From positions 4,994 to 68,993 of the forward strand of contig CAVQWQ010000001.1 of the NCBI GenBank assembly GCA_963717645.1: 64,000 nt of DNA, written 5' to 3'. Position numbers and translations under genes: made by a program. Shown here piece by piece: positions 18,802 to 27,328 of this stretch. The stretch is from an uncultured Actinomycetes bacterium. GTDB taxonomy: Bacteria; Actinomycetota; Acidimicrobiia; Acidimicrobiales; AC-9. Position 1 is the first letter of the stretch. The number at the start of each line of letters is the position of its first letter. The notes under the pieces are model-generated. The model saw nothing but the letters and a program-made list of their open reading frames with translations, was not told the DNA's origin and did no database searches.

Positions 18802-19034
18802 CTATACGTCCTCGCCGAGCAACGCGCGGAGCCCGTCGCGCAGCCGGTCGAGCTGCCCTCGCACCTCGCCAGGTCACCGAGGAGCCGCATCGCGTCCTCT
18901 CGTTTCATGGCCAGTGAGCCCGGCTGGAGCATGGCGATAGACCGACGCAGCTGCTCGATCTCCTCCCGAGCGAGGTAAGGGCGGTCGGGCGGTGGCACGA
19001 ACGTATGTGCCCATCCGTGCGGCGAACGGGTCAA
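18802..19034 (-). repeat. R-family copy 4 (near full length, 1-nt deletion frameshift)
   Basis: MTRSPHGWAHTFVPPPDRPYLAREEIEQLRRSIAMLQPGSLAMKREDAMRLLGDLA, then out of frame. Restoring one G (ctgGcgaggtg versus ctaGGcgaggtg in copy 5) gives EVRGQLDRLRDGLRALLGEDV*. Confidence 0.7.
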
Positions 19035-19132
19035 GCCGGCAATTGACCAAAGTTGGCTTCATTGACGCTGTGCAGGCGGGGTGAGAGAGTCTGTCGGACG
19101 AGGCAGGAGAAACCGAGGCGGTGGGGGGATCG

Positions 19133-19669
19133 ATGGGACTGTCGACACGGCCGGTGCAGGCGAAGTCGCGACTGTACGGACTCTTCCGAGTCGCTCTAGG
19201 GGCCTCGGTACTCGGAGGCGGGATATGGCTCGGCACTGCAACCGTGGCCGCGCCCCCAGCAGGGGCAGCTCGAGGTTGCCTCACGACGTCAGTTGACGTA
19301 AAGACGCAGAACAAGACAAGCGTTCCGCTCGACCTAGATCGCGCAAGACACGGTCTTAGCAACACGTGGTGCACGTTGCCGGGCAACCCTGTTGGTCCAC
19401 ACAAAGTCGCTCGGTTTGAGGCAGGCGACGACTTCTTCGCAACGACGGTCAGTGTCTCATACGTGGCGCCAAACAATGACACTATCTCGTTGTTTGCGCA
19501 GTCCGGTTTCGATACCGATGGGGCGCGTTGCCTCGTTGTGCCAAACGGAAACTTGCCATCTCCGTACCGATGCAGCGCCACCTGGCGCGCCGACGTTCAA
19601 GATCGAGGAGCGATATTTGGACTCGGCACACATGTGGTGCTTGTCGACTGGGTGATTGAGGGCCCCTAG
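19133..19669 (+). CDS. secreted/membrane-anchored hypothetical protein
   Basis: Has an N-terminal hydrophobic segment (LFRVALGASVLGGGIWLGTATVAAPPAGAA) followed by a Cys-containing beta-rich domain. The segment 19280-19680 is visibly less GC-rich. I recognise no homolog. Confidence 0.5.
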   Translation: MGLSTRPVQAKSRLYGLFRVALGASVLGGGIWLGTATVAAPPAGAARGCLTTSVDVKTQNKTSVPLDLDRARHGLSNTWCTLPGNPVGPHKVARFEAGDDFFATTVSVSYVAPNNDTISLFAQSGFDTDGARCLVVPNGNLPSPYRCSATWRADVQDRGAIFGLGTHVVLVDWVIEGP

Positions 19670-19738
19670 AACGGCGACAGGTCCTGGCGGTTTTCCGGCG
19701 TAGGTCCTGAGTCGTCGGACGTTGGAGCTGCTTCTACC

Positions 19739-19945
19739 TTAAGCGACATTGGGCAACGCGATGTCGGTCTCGAAGACCTCCTCGGCGATCACCACCCGAA
19801 GTCCGGGATCGAGCTCCGCCGCACAACAGGACAGCAGCGTGGTCTTGCCGGAGCCGGGAGGTCCGGCGAACACGATCGACAGCCGGGCCCGGACACAGGC
19901 ACGGAGCAACTCGGCGGCGCTGGACGGCGCCGCCCTCGCTCGGGT
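19739..19945 (-). pseudogene. fragment of a CpaF/VirB11-family secretion ATPase (Walker A region only)
   Basis: AAELLRACVRARLSIVFAGPPGSGKTTLLSCCAAELDPGLRVVIAEEVFETDIALPNVA* resembles the ...NILVSGGTGSGKTTLLNAL...RIVTIEDTAEL core of these ATPases, but only about 65 residues remain. Confidence 0.6.
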
Positions 19946-20126
19946 GTTCCGGTCCGACGACTGGCACGCCATCGACGTCGTGATCCAGAGCATGGCCCTC
20001 GCCGAGGGTGCGGCCAAGGACGCCTGCACATGGCCGGGTGCGACCGCGGCCACTGCCGCCCACGGTCTCGAACCGTCGGCCAACGGCAACGGGCGGGCGC
20101 CGGCTGGGGCCTAGCGCAACGCCCTC

Positions 20127-20161
20127 TCAGAGCCCGGACAGGGTGGCCACGCGGGCGCGGT
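20127..20161 (-). repeat. 35-nt third copy of the ACAD gene 3' end (last 10 codons plus stop)
   Basis: tcagagcccggacagggtggccacgcgggcgcggt reverse-translates to RARVATLSGL*. Compare 36954-36988 (ttagagcccggagagggtggcgacccgggcgcggt, 4 mismatches) and 14170-14216 (which has a 12-nt insertion). Confidence 0.8.
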
Positions 20162-20203
20162 CCAGCGTGCTAATCTGTAGCAGTAGCGCAGGAGGCACCC
20201 AAG

Positions 20204-21616
20204 ATGATGACCACCCGCAAGCCCCGCAACGCAGCGGTCTACTGCCGGATCTCCCGCGACCGGGATGGCCAGGCGCTAGGCGTCGCCCGCCAGGAGAAGG
20301 ACTGCGCCGAGTGGGCCGCCCGCCACGGGTGGACCGTGACGAGCACGCTCGTAGACGATGACCTCTCCGCCTACAGCGGCCGGGCCCGCCCCGGCTATCG
20401 CCGACTGCTCGCTGACATCGACGCAGGGCGCACCGACGGCCTTGTCATCTGGCACCCTGACCGCCTGCACCGCCGGCCGGCCGAGCTCGAGTCATTCATC
20501 GACCTAGTCGAGCGCACCGGGCTACTGATCGGCAGCGTGCAGAGTGGCGAGGTCGACCTCACCACCCCGACGGGGCGCATGAGCGCGAGGATCGTGGGCG
20601 CGGTGGCGAGGCACGAGAGCGAGCACAAGGCGGCCCGGCAGGCTCGTAAGCACCGAGAGCTAGCCGAGGAGGGTTCCCCGTCCGGTGGCGGGTCTCGACC
20701 CTTCGGATACGAGGACGACAAAGTGACTGTTCGCGACGACGAGGCCGAGCTCGTCCTCGAGGCGGCGGAGCGGGTGCTCGCCGGTGAGAGCCTCCGGGGC
20801 ATCGCGAGGGATTGGAACGACCGCGGGATCACCACGACGCCGGGGCGCCCCTGGTCGGTGACTACCTTACGCCGGATGCTGACCTCGGCCCGTGTGGCTG
20901 GTGACCGGGAGCACCACGGCGTCGTCACCGCCGCGGACGCGTGGCCCGCCATCCTCGACCGCAAGACGTCGGCGAGGGTCCGCGCCGTGCTCTCGGACCC
21001 GTCTCGTAGACGTCGGCCCGGACCGACCTACCTGTTGACCGGCCTCGTGCGCTGCGGGCGCTGCGGAGCCGTCATGGTGGCCCGCCCCGTGTGGCGCGGT
21101 GGGAAGCGCCTACGCCGCTACTTCTGCGCGTCCGACCCGCCGGCCCGTATCGGATGCAACAGCGTCGGGATCACGGCTGAGCCGCTCGACGAGCTGGTCA
21201 CCGAAGCCGTCTTGACCCGCCTGGACAGCCCGGCGCTAGCTCGGGCCCTGTCCAAGAAGAGCCGACCTAAGAACGGCTCAGAGGCGACCCTCAGGGCCCT
21301 CGAGGAGCGCGAGGCCCAGCTGGCGGAGATGTGGGCCGCGGGCGAATTGACCCGCTCAGCGTGGTCGGCTGCTCGCGACCGGCTAGCCAAGGAGATCGAG
21401 GCAGCACGGGCGAAGGTGGCCGGCAAGGTAAGCGATGAGGCGACGAGCGACCTCGTCGGCAAGGGCGAGCAGCTACGCCGCCGCTGGCCCAAGCTGTCGG
21501 TCGAGCAGCGGCGGGTAATCATCGCCAGCGTGGTCGAGTCGGTCACCATCGCCCCGGTCACCCGGGCGCAGAATCGCTTCGACGCCGGCCGGGTTTCAGT
21601 CCTCTGGCGGGCCTAA
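20204..21616 (+). CDS. large serine recombinase (integrase), intact
   Basis: 470 aa. The N-terminal resolvase domain reads AVYCRISRDRDGQALGVARQE...GLVIWHPDRLHRRPAELE. It also has a recombinase domain, a zinc-ribbon (CGRCGAVMVARP...RYFCAS...GCNSV) and a coiled-coil tail. A CAGGAGG RBS precedes it. Confidence 0.9.
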   Translation: MMTTRKPRNAAVYCRISRDRDGQALGVARQEKDCAEWAARHGWTVTSTLVDDDLSAYSGRARPGYRRLLADIDAGRTDGLVIWHPDRLHRRPAELESFIDLVERTGLLIGSVQSGEVDLTTPTGRMSARIVGAVARHESEHKAARQARKHRELAEEGSPSGGGSRPFGYEDDKVTVRDDEAELVLEAAERVLAGESLRGIARDWNDRGITTTPGRPWSVTTLRRMLTSARVAGDREHHGVVTAADAWPAILDRKTSARVRAVLSDPSRRRRPGPTYLLTGLVRCGRCGAVMVARPVWRGGKRLRRYFCASDPPARIGCNSVGITAEPLDELVTEAVLTRLDSPALARALSKKSRPKNGSEATLRALEEREAQLAEMWAAGELTRSAWSAARDRLAKEIEAARAKVAGKVSDEATSDLVGKGEQLRRRWPKLSVEQRRVIIASVVESVTIAPVTRAQNRFDAGRVSVLWRA

Positions 21617-22052
21617 ACCGGGATGACGAGCGGCCGATCCGGCTCGGCGGCCGCCCGTACCATGACGGCTCGCTGGAAGTTGTCCGCCCTCATCTGTGGG
21701 GTGTGGCCACACCGGGAGCGCCAGTGCCAGGTCGGGTCGCCCTGGAAGTAGGAGACGAACAGAGTCTCCCGCTCAAGCCGCTCCGCCCAAGCGTCACGCC
21801 TGCCGGGGCGGGAGACCACTTTCCCCTTGGCCCGAAGGAAGTCACCAGCTGGTGAACCGGACGCCGGAACACCGCGGCTGCGATCGCCTGCCTTCACACC
21901 CGGCTTGCCCTTGTGCGCCGTCGGCCAGCTCCGGAGTTCAGTGACGGGCTCCCGGCCATCCGAACCAACCCAGGGGCCACCGGGGGGAGGTCTAGGCGCT
22001 CCCCACAGGACTGGCACAGAACCTCGACGCGGATGCGCGCTTTCGGACTCAT
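21613..22052 (-). CDS. hypothetical protein divergent from the XRE gene; apparently needs a frameshift to be read through
   Basis: An ATG at 22052 follows an AT-richer stretch (gattatctgaaaATG) and gives MSPKARIRVEVLCQSCGERLDLPP..., stopping at 21894. The adjacent frame continues as ELRSWPTAHKGKPG...AWAERLERETLFVSYFQGDPTWHWRSRCGHTPQMRADNF...LVIPV* to 21613. I recognise no family. Confidence 0.35.
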
Positions 22053-22152
22053 TTTCAGATAATCTACTCCCACAACCGAGCGGCCGGAAGCCCCGCAGGA
22101 ACCTTCCATTACCTGCCTCACCGGGCAGGGGCGGTAGCCATCCGCCGGGAGG
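22053..22152. promoter_or_regulatory. divergent intergenic control region (candidate lysogeny-type switch)
   Basis: This 100-nt spacer lies between oppositely oriented starts (22052 minus, 22153 plus). It holds the lowest-GC stretch of this part of E2 (ttttcagataatctactccc). No operator repeats were confidently identified. Confidence 0.35.
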
Positions 22153-22386
22153 TTGTCGTGGCCAGGTTCCCCGCCGGGCCGATCGTTCGCAGGCAGGCGC
22201 GAGGCCTTGGGATTCTCGCCAGCGCTCGTCGCCGCCAAGGTCCATCGCACTGAGCAGTCGGTCGAAGGTTGGGAGGCCGGACGGCACCGGCCACCGCGAG
22301 CCGTCCTCGTCGCGCTTGCGCGGATCCTTGAGTTGCCCTTGCACGTCTTGGATGACGTTGACGATGACGTCGAGGTGTCAGCATGA
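22153..22386 (+). CDS. XRE-family helix-turn-helix transcriptional regulator
   Basis: GRREALGFSPALVAAKVHRTEQSVEGWEAGRHRPPRAVLVALARILELPLHVL fits the HTH_3 pattern (LS..eLA..vgvs...is.wE.G...P). The start codon (TTG 22153) is uncertain. Confidence 0.6.
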   Translation: MSWPGSPPGRSFAGRREALGFSPALVAAKVHRTEQSVEGWEAGRHRPPRAVLVALARILELPLHVLDDVDDDVEVSA

Positions 22387-22610
22387 GCCGGCCCGAGGAC
22401 GTCCGCCGGCTGATTGACCAGGCCGTCGCGCAGGGGCTTCCCAAGCACGTCGAGGACGTCCCGACCCTCGAGCGCGTCGCCGCCGTGGCGTGGGCCGGAC
22501 GCGAAACAGGGCCCCCTTCGGGGCCCTGTTCGGATTCTGGCTTGACCAGCCACCCTCGCCCCCCTGCCTCCCGTGCCAAGGAGGGAGGTCGACGTGTCTC
22601 CTCAGGGTAG
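22383..22610 (+). CDS. hypothetical small protein
   Basis: An ATGA overlap with the XRE gene suggests translational coupling. The N-terminus MSRPEDVRRLIDQAVAQGLPKHVEDVPTLERVAAV looks protein-like, but the C-terminal half is low complexity and contains a perfect hairpin. Confidence 0.4.
   Translation: MSRPEDVRRLIDQAVAQGLPKHVEDVPTLERVAAVAWAGRETGPPSGPCSDSGLTSHPRPPASRAKEGGRRVSSG
22505..22530 (+). other. perfect 11-bp stem / 4-nt loop hairpin
   Basis: AACAGGGCCCC-cttc-GGGGCCCTGTT. It lies inside ORF 22383..22610, has no convincing U-tract, and sits 64 nt before the strong RBS and GTG of the next gene. Confidence 0.7.
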
Positions 22611-22926
22611 CCGAAAGCCATCCCTCGGCGAGATTCGAGGGCAGCGACCGCCGCCTGAGCCGAGGTACCGGCCGATCCCCCGGAGGATCGCTGAGGGCAG
22701 GATCCGGGCCCTCGAGGACCTGTCCGAAATCATCGTGGCCGACATCGTCGAGTCAATCAACACGATGGTGGCCAGCGGTGCCACCCCGCATGATGCCGGC
22801 GTCACCGTCGTCGCCTGGTGGGGGAAGACGTGGTTCGCCGAGACCGTCGCCGCCGGGGCGATGAGGTGGGAGCTCGAGAACTGGAGCGTCAGCGAACTGC
22901 TCGAGCTGGGGGAGGAGGGGCCATGA
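22594..22926 (+). CDS. hypothetical protein
   Basis: An AAGGAGGGAGG RBS lies 6 nt before GTG 22594. A protein-like core reads RIRALEDLSEIIVADIVESINTMVASGATPHDAGVTVVAWWGKTWFAETV. I recognise no family. Confidence 0.45.
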   Translation: MSPQGSRKPSLGEIRGQRPPPEPRYRPIPRRIAEGRIRALEDLSEIIVADIVESINTMVASGATPHDAGVTVVAWWGKTWFAETVAAGAMRWELENWSVSELLELGEEGP

Positions 22927-23189
22927 AGCCTGACCACCTCCTCGGCCTGCCGAACGCTCAAGGCCCTCGCTGCCCCCTCGAGAGCGAGTTCCCGAAGATC
23001 AGCTACGCCATCGGCAACTGGCGCGAAGCCTGCGAGCGGCTCGAGGAGATCGCAGGCATCTTCGAGGACCGTGGTGGTCTGCCTCCAGGTAGCCAAGCCG
23101 AGATGCGGCAGGCACTCCGTCAGGCTGGCCAGGACGCCCTCGCCAAGATGCTGGACGACCTTGAGGCAGCTTGGGACGCGGAGCCATGA
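22923..23189 (+). CDS. hypothetical protein
   Basis: ATGA overlap with the preceding ORF. The sequence is MKPDHLLGLPNAQGPRCPLESEFPKISYAIGNWREACERLEEIAGIFEDRGG...; no family recognised. Confidence 0.45.
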   Translation: MKPDHLLGLPNAQGPRCPLESEFPKISYAIGNWREACERLEEIAGIFEDRGGLPPGSQAEMRQALRQAGQDALAKMLDDLEAAWDAEP

Positions 23190-25855
23190 GCGCCGTCGAG
23201 ATCATTGCGGCCTACGCCGAGCGGCTGTGGGACAACCGGGTCGGATGGGTCTTCGTCGCTAGCGGTGAGCCGTACGACGACGGCAAGGTACGCCATCGCG
23301 GCTGGGCCGAGCGGGCGTTCGCCTGGCCCCGTCACCGGGACGAGCTCGTCGAGACAATCACGACCATGTCGACTGGGCGCGACGTGTTCGTCACGCCGGG
23401 GATGTCAGAGAACCCGCTTCGCGACTCGAAGAAGCGCCGCGACCTGCCGACCTCGTACTTGTGGGCGGACCTCGATCGCGTCACTGATGAGGTGCACGAT
23501 CGCGTGACCGCGCTGGCTGACGGGGGAGGGTTTGTCGTCGACTCAGGCAGCGATGAGCACTGTCATGTCTACATCGAACTCGCCCAGCCGGCACAGCCGG
23601 CCCAGGCTGCCGAGCTCAACCGCCGACTCGCCCAGTACCTGGACGGCGACCCGAGCCCGGCCGCGCTCAACGCCTTCCTACGCCCGCCGGGCTCGCTCAA
23701 CTGGAAGCCATTCGTACTCGACCTAGCGGACGAGCCGGCGCCTGTGAGGACGACCTACGAAGCAGGGAGGGGCTGGCCGCTCGAGGAGCTGGACCGTCTG
23801 CTCCCGCCCGTACGAGCTACCCGCCATCGGACGGCCGACGAGGCCGAGGCGGAGCCGGTCGGTGACGTGCCGGCGGCTGTGGCCGTCTTCCTCGCCGACG
23901 CCGCGGACGTGGACGACCGATCGGCCCGCCATTACAACTTCGTCGGCGCGGCAACGGCCGCGGGCATGAGCGACGGCCAGATCTTGACCCTCGTCAAAGA
24001 CCACAAGCCGTCGACGGCCAAGTACGGCGAGCGCGTGGAGGAGGAGACGCGGCGCACGCTCGGCAAGTTCGTGACCGAGGAGCCAGAAGCCACAACGGGC
24101 AACGGCTGGCACCCGCCCGGGTGGATTGAGCCGGGCGACTGGGACGAGGACACCGTCGATGAGGACGTGTCTACCAAGGTAGACACATCGACCGGGGGCA
24201 AGGCGGGGATCATCAGCGCCGGCCGGCCGCCGATAGAGATAGAGACAAGCGAGGGCGAGTCCAGGAGCAGCATCGTTCGCAGGCTCCTAGCGACGAGCGA
24301 TGTCGCCGGAGCGGACGAGGTGGGTGTCGGCCCGGACGGGCTGCGCTTCACCGATGCCGGTAACGCCGCTCGCCTCCTGCGCGTGGCCGAGGGTCGTGTT
24401 CGCTTCGTCCACGCCTGGGGCAAGTGGATCGTCTACGGGCAGGGACGATGGGCCGTCGACTTCGGCGACGTGCTCGTCGGCGAGTTCGCCAAGCAGGTCG
24501 CCACCGAGCTGTTCGCTCGGGTCCCGTCGCTTCACGATCGCGAACGGGACCAGGTCTTCGCCTGGGCGAAGCGTTGCGAGACGAGAAGCACGATCGGCGC
24601 CATGGTCCACCTCGCCCGGGGCGCGGCGGTGATCGGGCACGAGGAGCTCGATACCGACCCCTGGATCCTGAACGTCGCCAACGGCACGGTTGATCTACGC
24701 ACCGGCCATCTCCGATCGCATCGGCCCGACGACCTGTGCACGATGCAGGTCCCGGTCGCCTACGACCCGGGCGCCCGGGCGCCGCTGTGGGAGGCGTGCC
24801 TCGAGCGCTGGCAGCCCGATCCCGAGGTGCGGGCCTATCTCCAACGCGAGGCCGGAGCAGGCGCCACCGGTCGCCCGACCGAGATCCTCGCCGTCCACCA
24901 CGGTGGGGGAGGCAACGGCAAGTCGAGGTACTTCGGTGCATTGGGTCGCACCCTCGGTCCCTACTTCGTCGTGCCCCACCGATCGCTCCTCGTCCGCCAG
25001 CGCCACGAACAGCACGACACGGTGCGGGCTGACCTGTTCCGTCGTCGTCTGGCCGTGGCCGCGGAGACCGACTCCGGGGCCCGCATCGACGAGGAGAAGG
25101 TGAAGGCCCTCACCGGAGGCGACCGGATCAAGGGCCGCCGCATGCGTGAGGACCCCTGGGAGTTCTGGCCCACGCACACTCTCGCCCTGTTCTCCAACTA
25201 CCGCCCGCGGGTGAAGGGAGAGGACACCGGCATCTGGCGTCGGCTGGTGCTGGTGCCGTGGAACGTGGAGATCCCACCCGGCGAACGGGACGACAACCTC
25301 GCCACCAAGTTGGAGACAGAGGCGCCGGGCATCCTCGCCTGGATCGTCGAGGGCGCGCGCCAGTTTTGCGAACGGGGTCTCGACCCACCGGAGGTAGTCA
25401 GGATGGCCACGGAGTCGTATCGAGCTAGTGAGGACACTTTCTCCCGCTTCGTCGAGGAGCGTTGCGAGCTCGACCCGGAGGCCCGGGCCAAGGCCGGTGA
25501 CCTGTGGGAGGCGTGGACCGATTACTGCCGGACCGAGGAGGAGCAGCCAGGGCGGAAGCAGGACGTCATGGCTCGGCTGGACACTCGATTCGCGCTGGCT
25601 GAACACCGCGTGGAGACAAGTCATCTTCAAGGGCGTCAGGGTCCAAGAGGAGGGGGGTCGACTGCCGTGAATCGTAACGCTCTGACCAGGGGGTTTTCGC
25701 GGCGACCAGGACTTTTGCGCAAGGCACGCAGGACTCGTCCCTATACCCACGCGAGGGCCCTATCTCTATGGGCGAACCGCCCGAGACCTGCGAGACCTGC
25801 AGCGATGACAGTTCCGGGTCTGAGGCGTGCCATGACAGTTCGAGGTGGACGATGA
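23186..25855 (+). CDS. replication protein: AEP-type primase-polymerase N-terminus fused to D5_N/P4-family SF3 helicase
   Basis: The AEP motifs are YLWADLDRV (DxD) and DSGSDEHCHVYIEL (sGxGxHxY). The D5_N-like region reads FTDAGNAARLL...WGKWIVYGQGRWAVD...NVANGTVDLRTG...YDPGARAPLWEACLERW. Walker A is HHGGGGNGKSRY. ATGA start overlap. The 3' end is uncertain (see findings). Confidence 0.85.
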   Translation: MSAVEIIAAYAERLWDNRVGWVFVASGEPYDDGKVRHRGWAERAFAWPRHRDELVETITTMSTGRDVFVTPGMSENPLRDSKKRRDLPTSYLWADLDRVTDEVHDRVTALADGGGFVVDSGSDEHCHVYIELAQPAQPAQAAELNRRLAQYLDGDPSPAALNAFLRPPGSLNWKPFVLDLADEPAPVRTTYEAGRGWPLEELDRLLPPVRATRHRTADEAEAEPVGDVPAAVAVFLADAADVDDRSARHYNFVGAATAAGMSDGQILTLVKDHKPSTAKYGERVEEETRRTLGKFVTEEPEATTGNGWHPPGWIEPGDWDEDTVDEDVSTKVDTSTGGKAGIISAGRPPIEIETSEGESRSSIVRRLLATSDVAGADEVGVGPDGLRFTDAGNAARLLRVAEGRVRFVHAWGKWIVYGQGRWAVDFGDVLVGEFAKQVATELFARVPSLHDRERDQVFAWAKRCETRSTIGAMVHLARGAAVIGHEELDTDPWILNVANGTVDLRTGHLRSHRPDDLCTMQVPVAYDPGARAPLWEACLERWQPDPEVRAYLQREAGAGATGRPTEILAVHHGGGGNGKSRYFGALGRTLGPYFVVPHRSLLVRQRHEQHDTVRADLFRRRLAVAAETDSGARIDEEKVKALTGGDRIKGRRMREDPWEFWPTHTLALFSNYRPRVKGEDTGIWRRLVLVPWNVEIPPGERDDNLATKLETEAPGILAWIVEGARQFCERGLDPPEVVRMATESYRASEDTFSRFVEERCELDPEARAKAGDLWEAWTDYCRTEEEQPGRKQDVMARLDTRFALAEHRVETSHLQGRQGPRGGGSTAVNRNALTRGFSRRPGLLRKARRTRPYTHARALSLWANRPRPARPAAMTVPGLRRAMTVRGGR

Positions 25856-26484
25856 GCCGCGGTGTGGCGGGCCCCGGTGTGCCTCGATGCGGTGTGCCGA
25901 GGCGTCGGAACGGCGACGGCGAGCGAGTCGACTACGGCGAGGGCGAGCCATGTGAACGGCCGGCCGGATGGGGAACGCCGAACGCCGGCGTGCCCGGCAC
26001 GCCATGCAAGCTGCACGGGGGATCGCTCCCCAACAACGTGAGTGCCGCCACCCGCCGGCGCGTCGAGTTGGAGTGCACCGCGCTGCTCGCTGAGCACGAC
26101 GTCACGCCCGTCACTGACTCTGTCGCCGAGCTCGAAGTGCTCGCCGGCGAGGTGCTCGCTTGGCGCGATCTTCTACGGCAGCGCTTGGGCGAACTGCATC
26201 CCGAGGACTGGCGGTACGCGGGCAAGGTCGGCGAGGAGTTGCACGCGACGGTCGCCCTCTACGAGCGGTCGCTCGACAAGGCGGAGCGGATCCTGACCAG
26301 CATGTCGAAGTTGGGGATCGCCGGCCGCAAGGTCCAACTCGAGGAGGCGAGGTTCGACCTGATGGCCAACCTGGTCGAGCTCACCCTGGCCGACCTCGGC
26401 GTCGACGCCGCCGACCGGGACGTCCGAGCGGTGCTCCATCGCCACGCCACCGCCCTCGAGGCAGCCAGCGAGGAGCACTTCTAG
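25852..26484 (+). CDS. terminase small subunit-like protein
   Basis: It lies directly upstream of the large terminase. The N-terminal Cys/Gly motif RCGVP...GEPCERPAGWGTPNAGVPGTPCKLHGGSLPN resembles the C...PC...C.HGG motif I associate with actinophage TerS/DNA-binding proteins. A helical C-terminus follows. GAGGTGG RBS. Confidence 0.55.
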   Translation: MSRGVAGPGVPRCGVPRRRNGDGERVDYGEGEPCERPAGWGTPNAGVPGTPCKLHGGSLPNNVSAATRRRVELECTALLAEHDVTPVTDSVAELEVLAGEVLAWRDLLRQRLGELHPEDWRYAGKVGEELHATVALYERSLDKAERILTSMSKLGIAGRKVQLEEARFDLMANLVELTLADLGVDAADRDVRAVLHRHATALEAASEEHF

Positions 26485-26578
26485 TGACACGTTGGCCGAC
26501 CCCAACGTTCGGTGTAGAAGCCAGCGCCCGAATAGGCAGGCAGCATGCGGGGTCTAGTTACACCCTCCAGGAGCGACC

Positions 26579-27328
26579 ATGACCCGCCTGGGCCGCCGCT
26601 GGGCACCACCGCCGCCCGCCATCGACGCCGTCGGCCTCATGCAACAGGCAGCGATGACGCCTGACCCATGGCAGTGCGACCTTCTCAACGCCAGACCGGC
26701 ACGGGCGTTGGTCAACTGCGCGCGCCAGACGGGCAAGAGCACGGTCGCCTCGGCGATGAGCATCCATGAGGCGATCGTCGATGAGGGATCGACGACGCTG
26801 ATGGTCAGCCCATCCCAACGCCAGTCGAGCGAGCTCCTTGGCCGCGTGCGGGCTCTCCTGTCCCGCCTGCCCGACCCACCAGCCGTCGTCAACGAGTCGG
26901 CACTCCAGATCCGGCTCGAGAACGGGAGCCGGATCCTGTCGTTGCCCGGCAAAGAGGGCACGATCAGGGGCTACACGGCGTCGACGTTGGTGCTGGACGA
27001 AGCGGGGCGAATCCCGGATGAGCTCATCGAAGCCACGAGGCCAATGCTCGCGGCAAGCGGTGGAAGGCTCATCGCCATGAGCACGCCGGCCGGTGCCAGA
27101 GGCTGGTGGTGGGAGGCCTGGGTCGGTGCAGGGCAGTGGCATCGGGTGGAAGTGCCCGCCGCCCAGTGTCCTCGCATCTCGCCGACGTTCCTCGCCGAAG
27201 AACGAGCCACCTTGCCCGACGTGGTGTACCGGGCCGAATACTGCTGCGAGTTCACCGACGCCGTCGACAGCGCGTTCCGAGCCGAGGACATCGACGCCTG
27301 CCTGTCCGACGAGGTCGAGCCGCTGTGA
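26579..27328 (+). CDS. terminase large subunit, ATPase domain only
   Basis: Walker A is NCARQTGKSTVAS and Walker B is STLVLDEAG, then MSTPAGARGWWWEAW. It stops at 27326-27328, while the nuclease domain continues in another frame from GTG 27325. Confidence 0.75.
   Translation: MTRLGRRWAPPPPAIDAVGLMQQAAMTPDPWQCDLLNARPARALVNCARQTGKSTVASAMSIHEAIVDEGSTTLMVSPSQRQSSELLGRVRALLSRLPDPPAVVNESALQIRLENGSRILSLPGKEGTIRGYTASTLVLDEAGRIPDELIEATRPMLAASGGRLIAMSTPAGARGWWWEAWVGAGQWHRVEVPAAQCPRISPTFLAEERATLPDVVYRAEYCCEFTDAVDSAFRAEDIDACLSDEVEPL

Larger units (their letters stand above)
14536..20126. mobile_element. E1: decayed serine-recombinase integrative element (~5.6 kb)
   Basis: Bounded on the left by the ACAD orphan fragment and on the right by a 35-nt ACAD 3' scrap. 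It starts with a conserved junction motif plus a (frameshifted) large serine recombinase. The contents are pseudogenes, small secreted proteins and repeat fragments. Confidence 0.75.
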
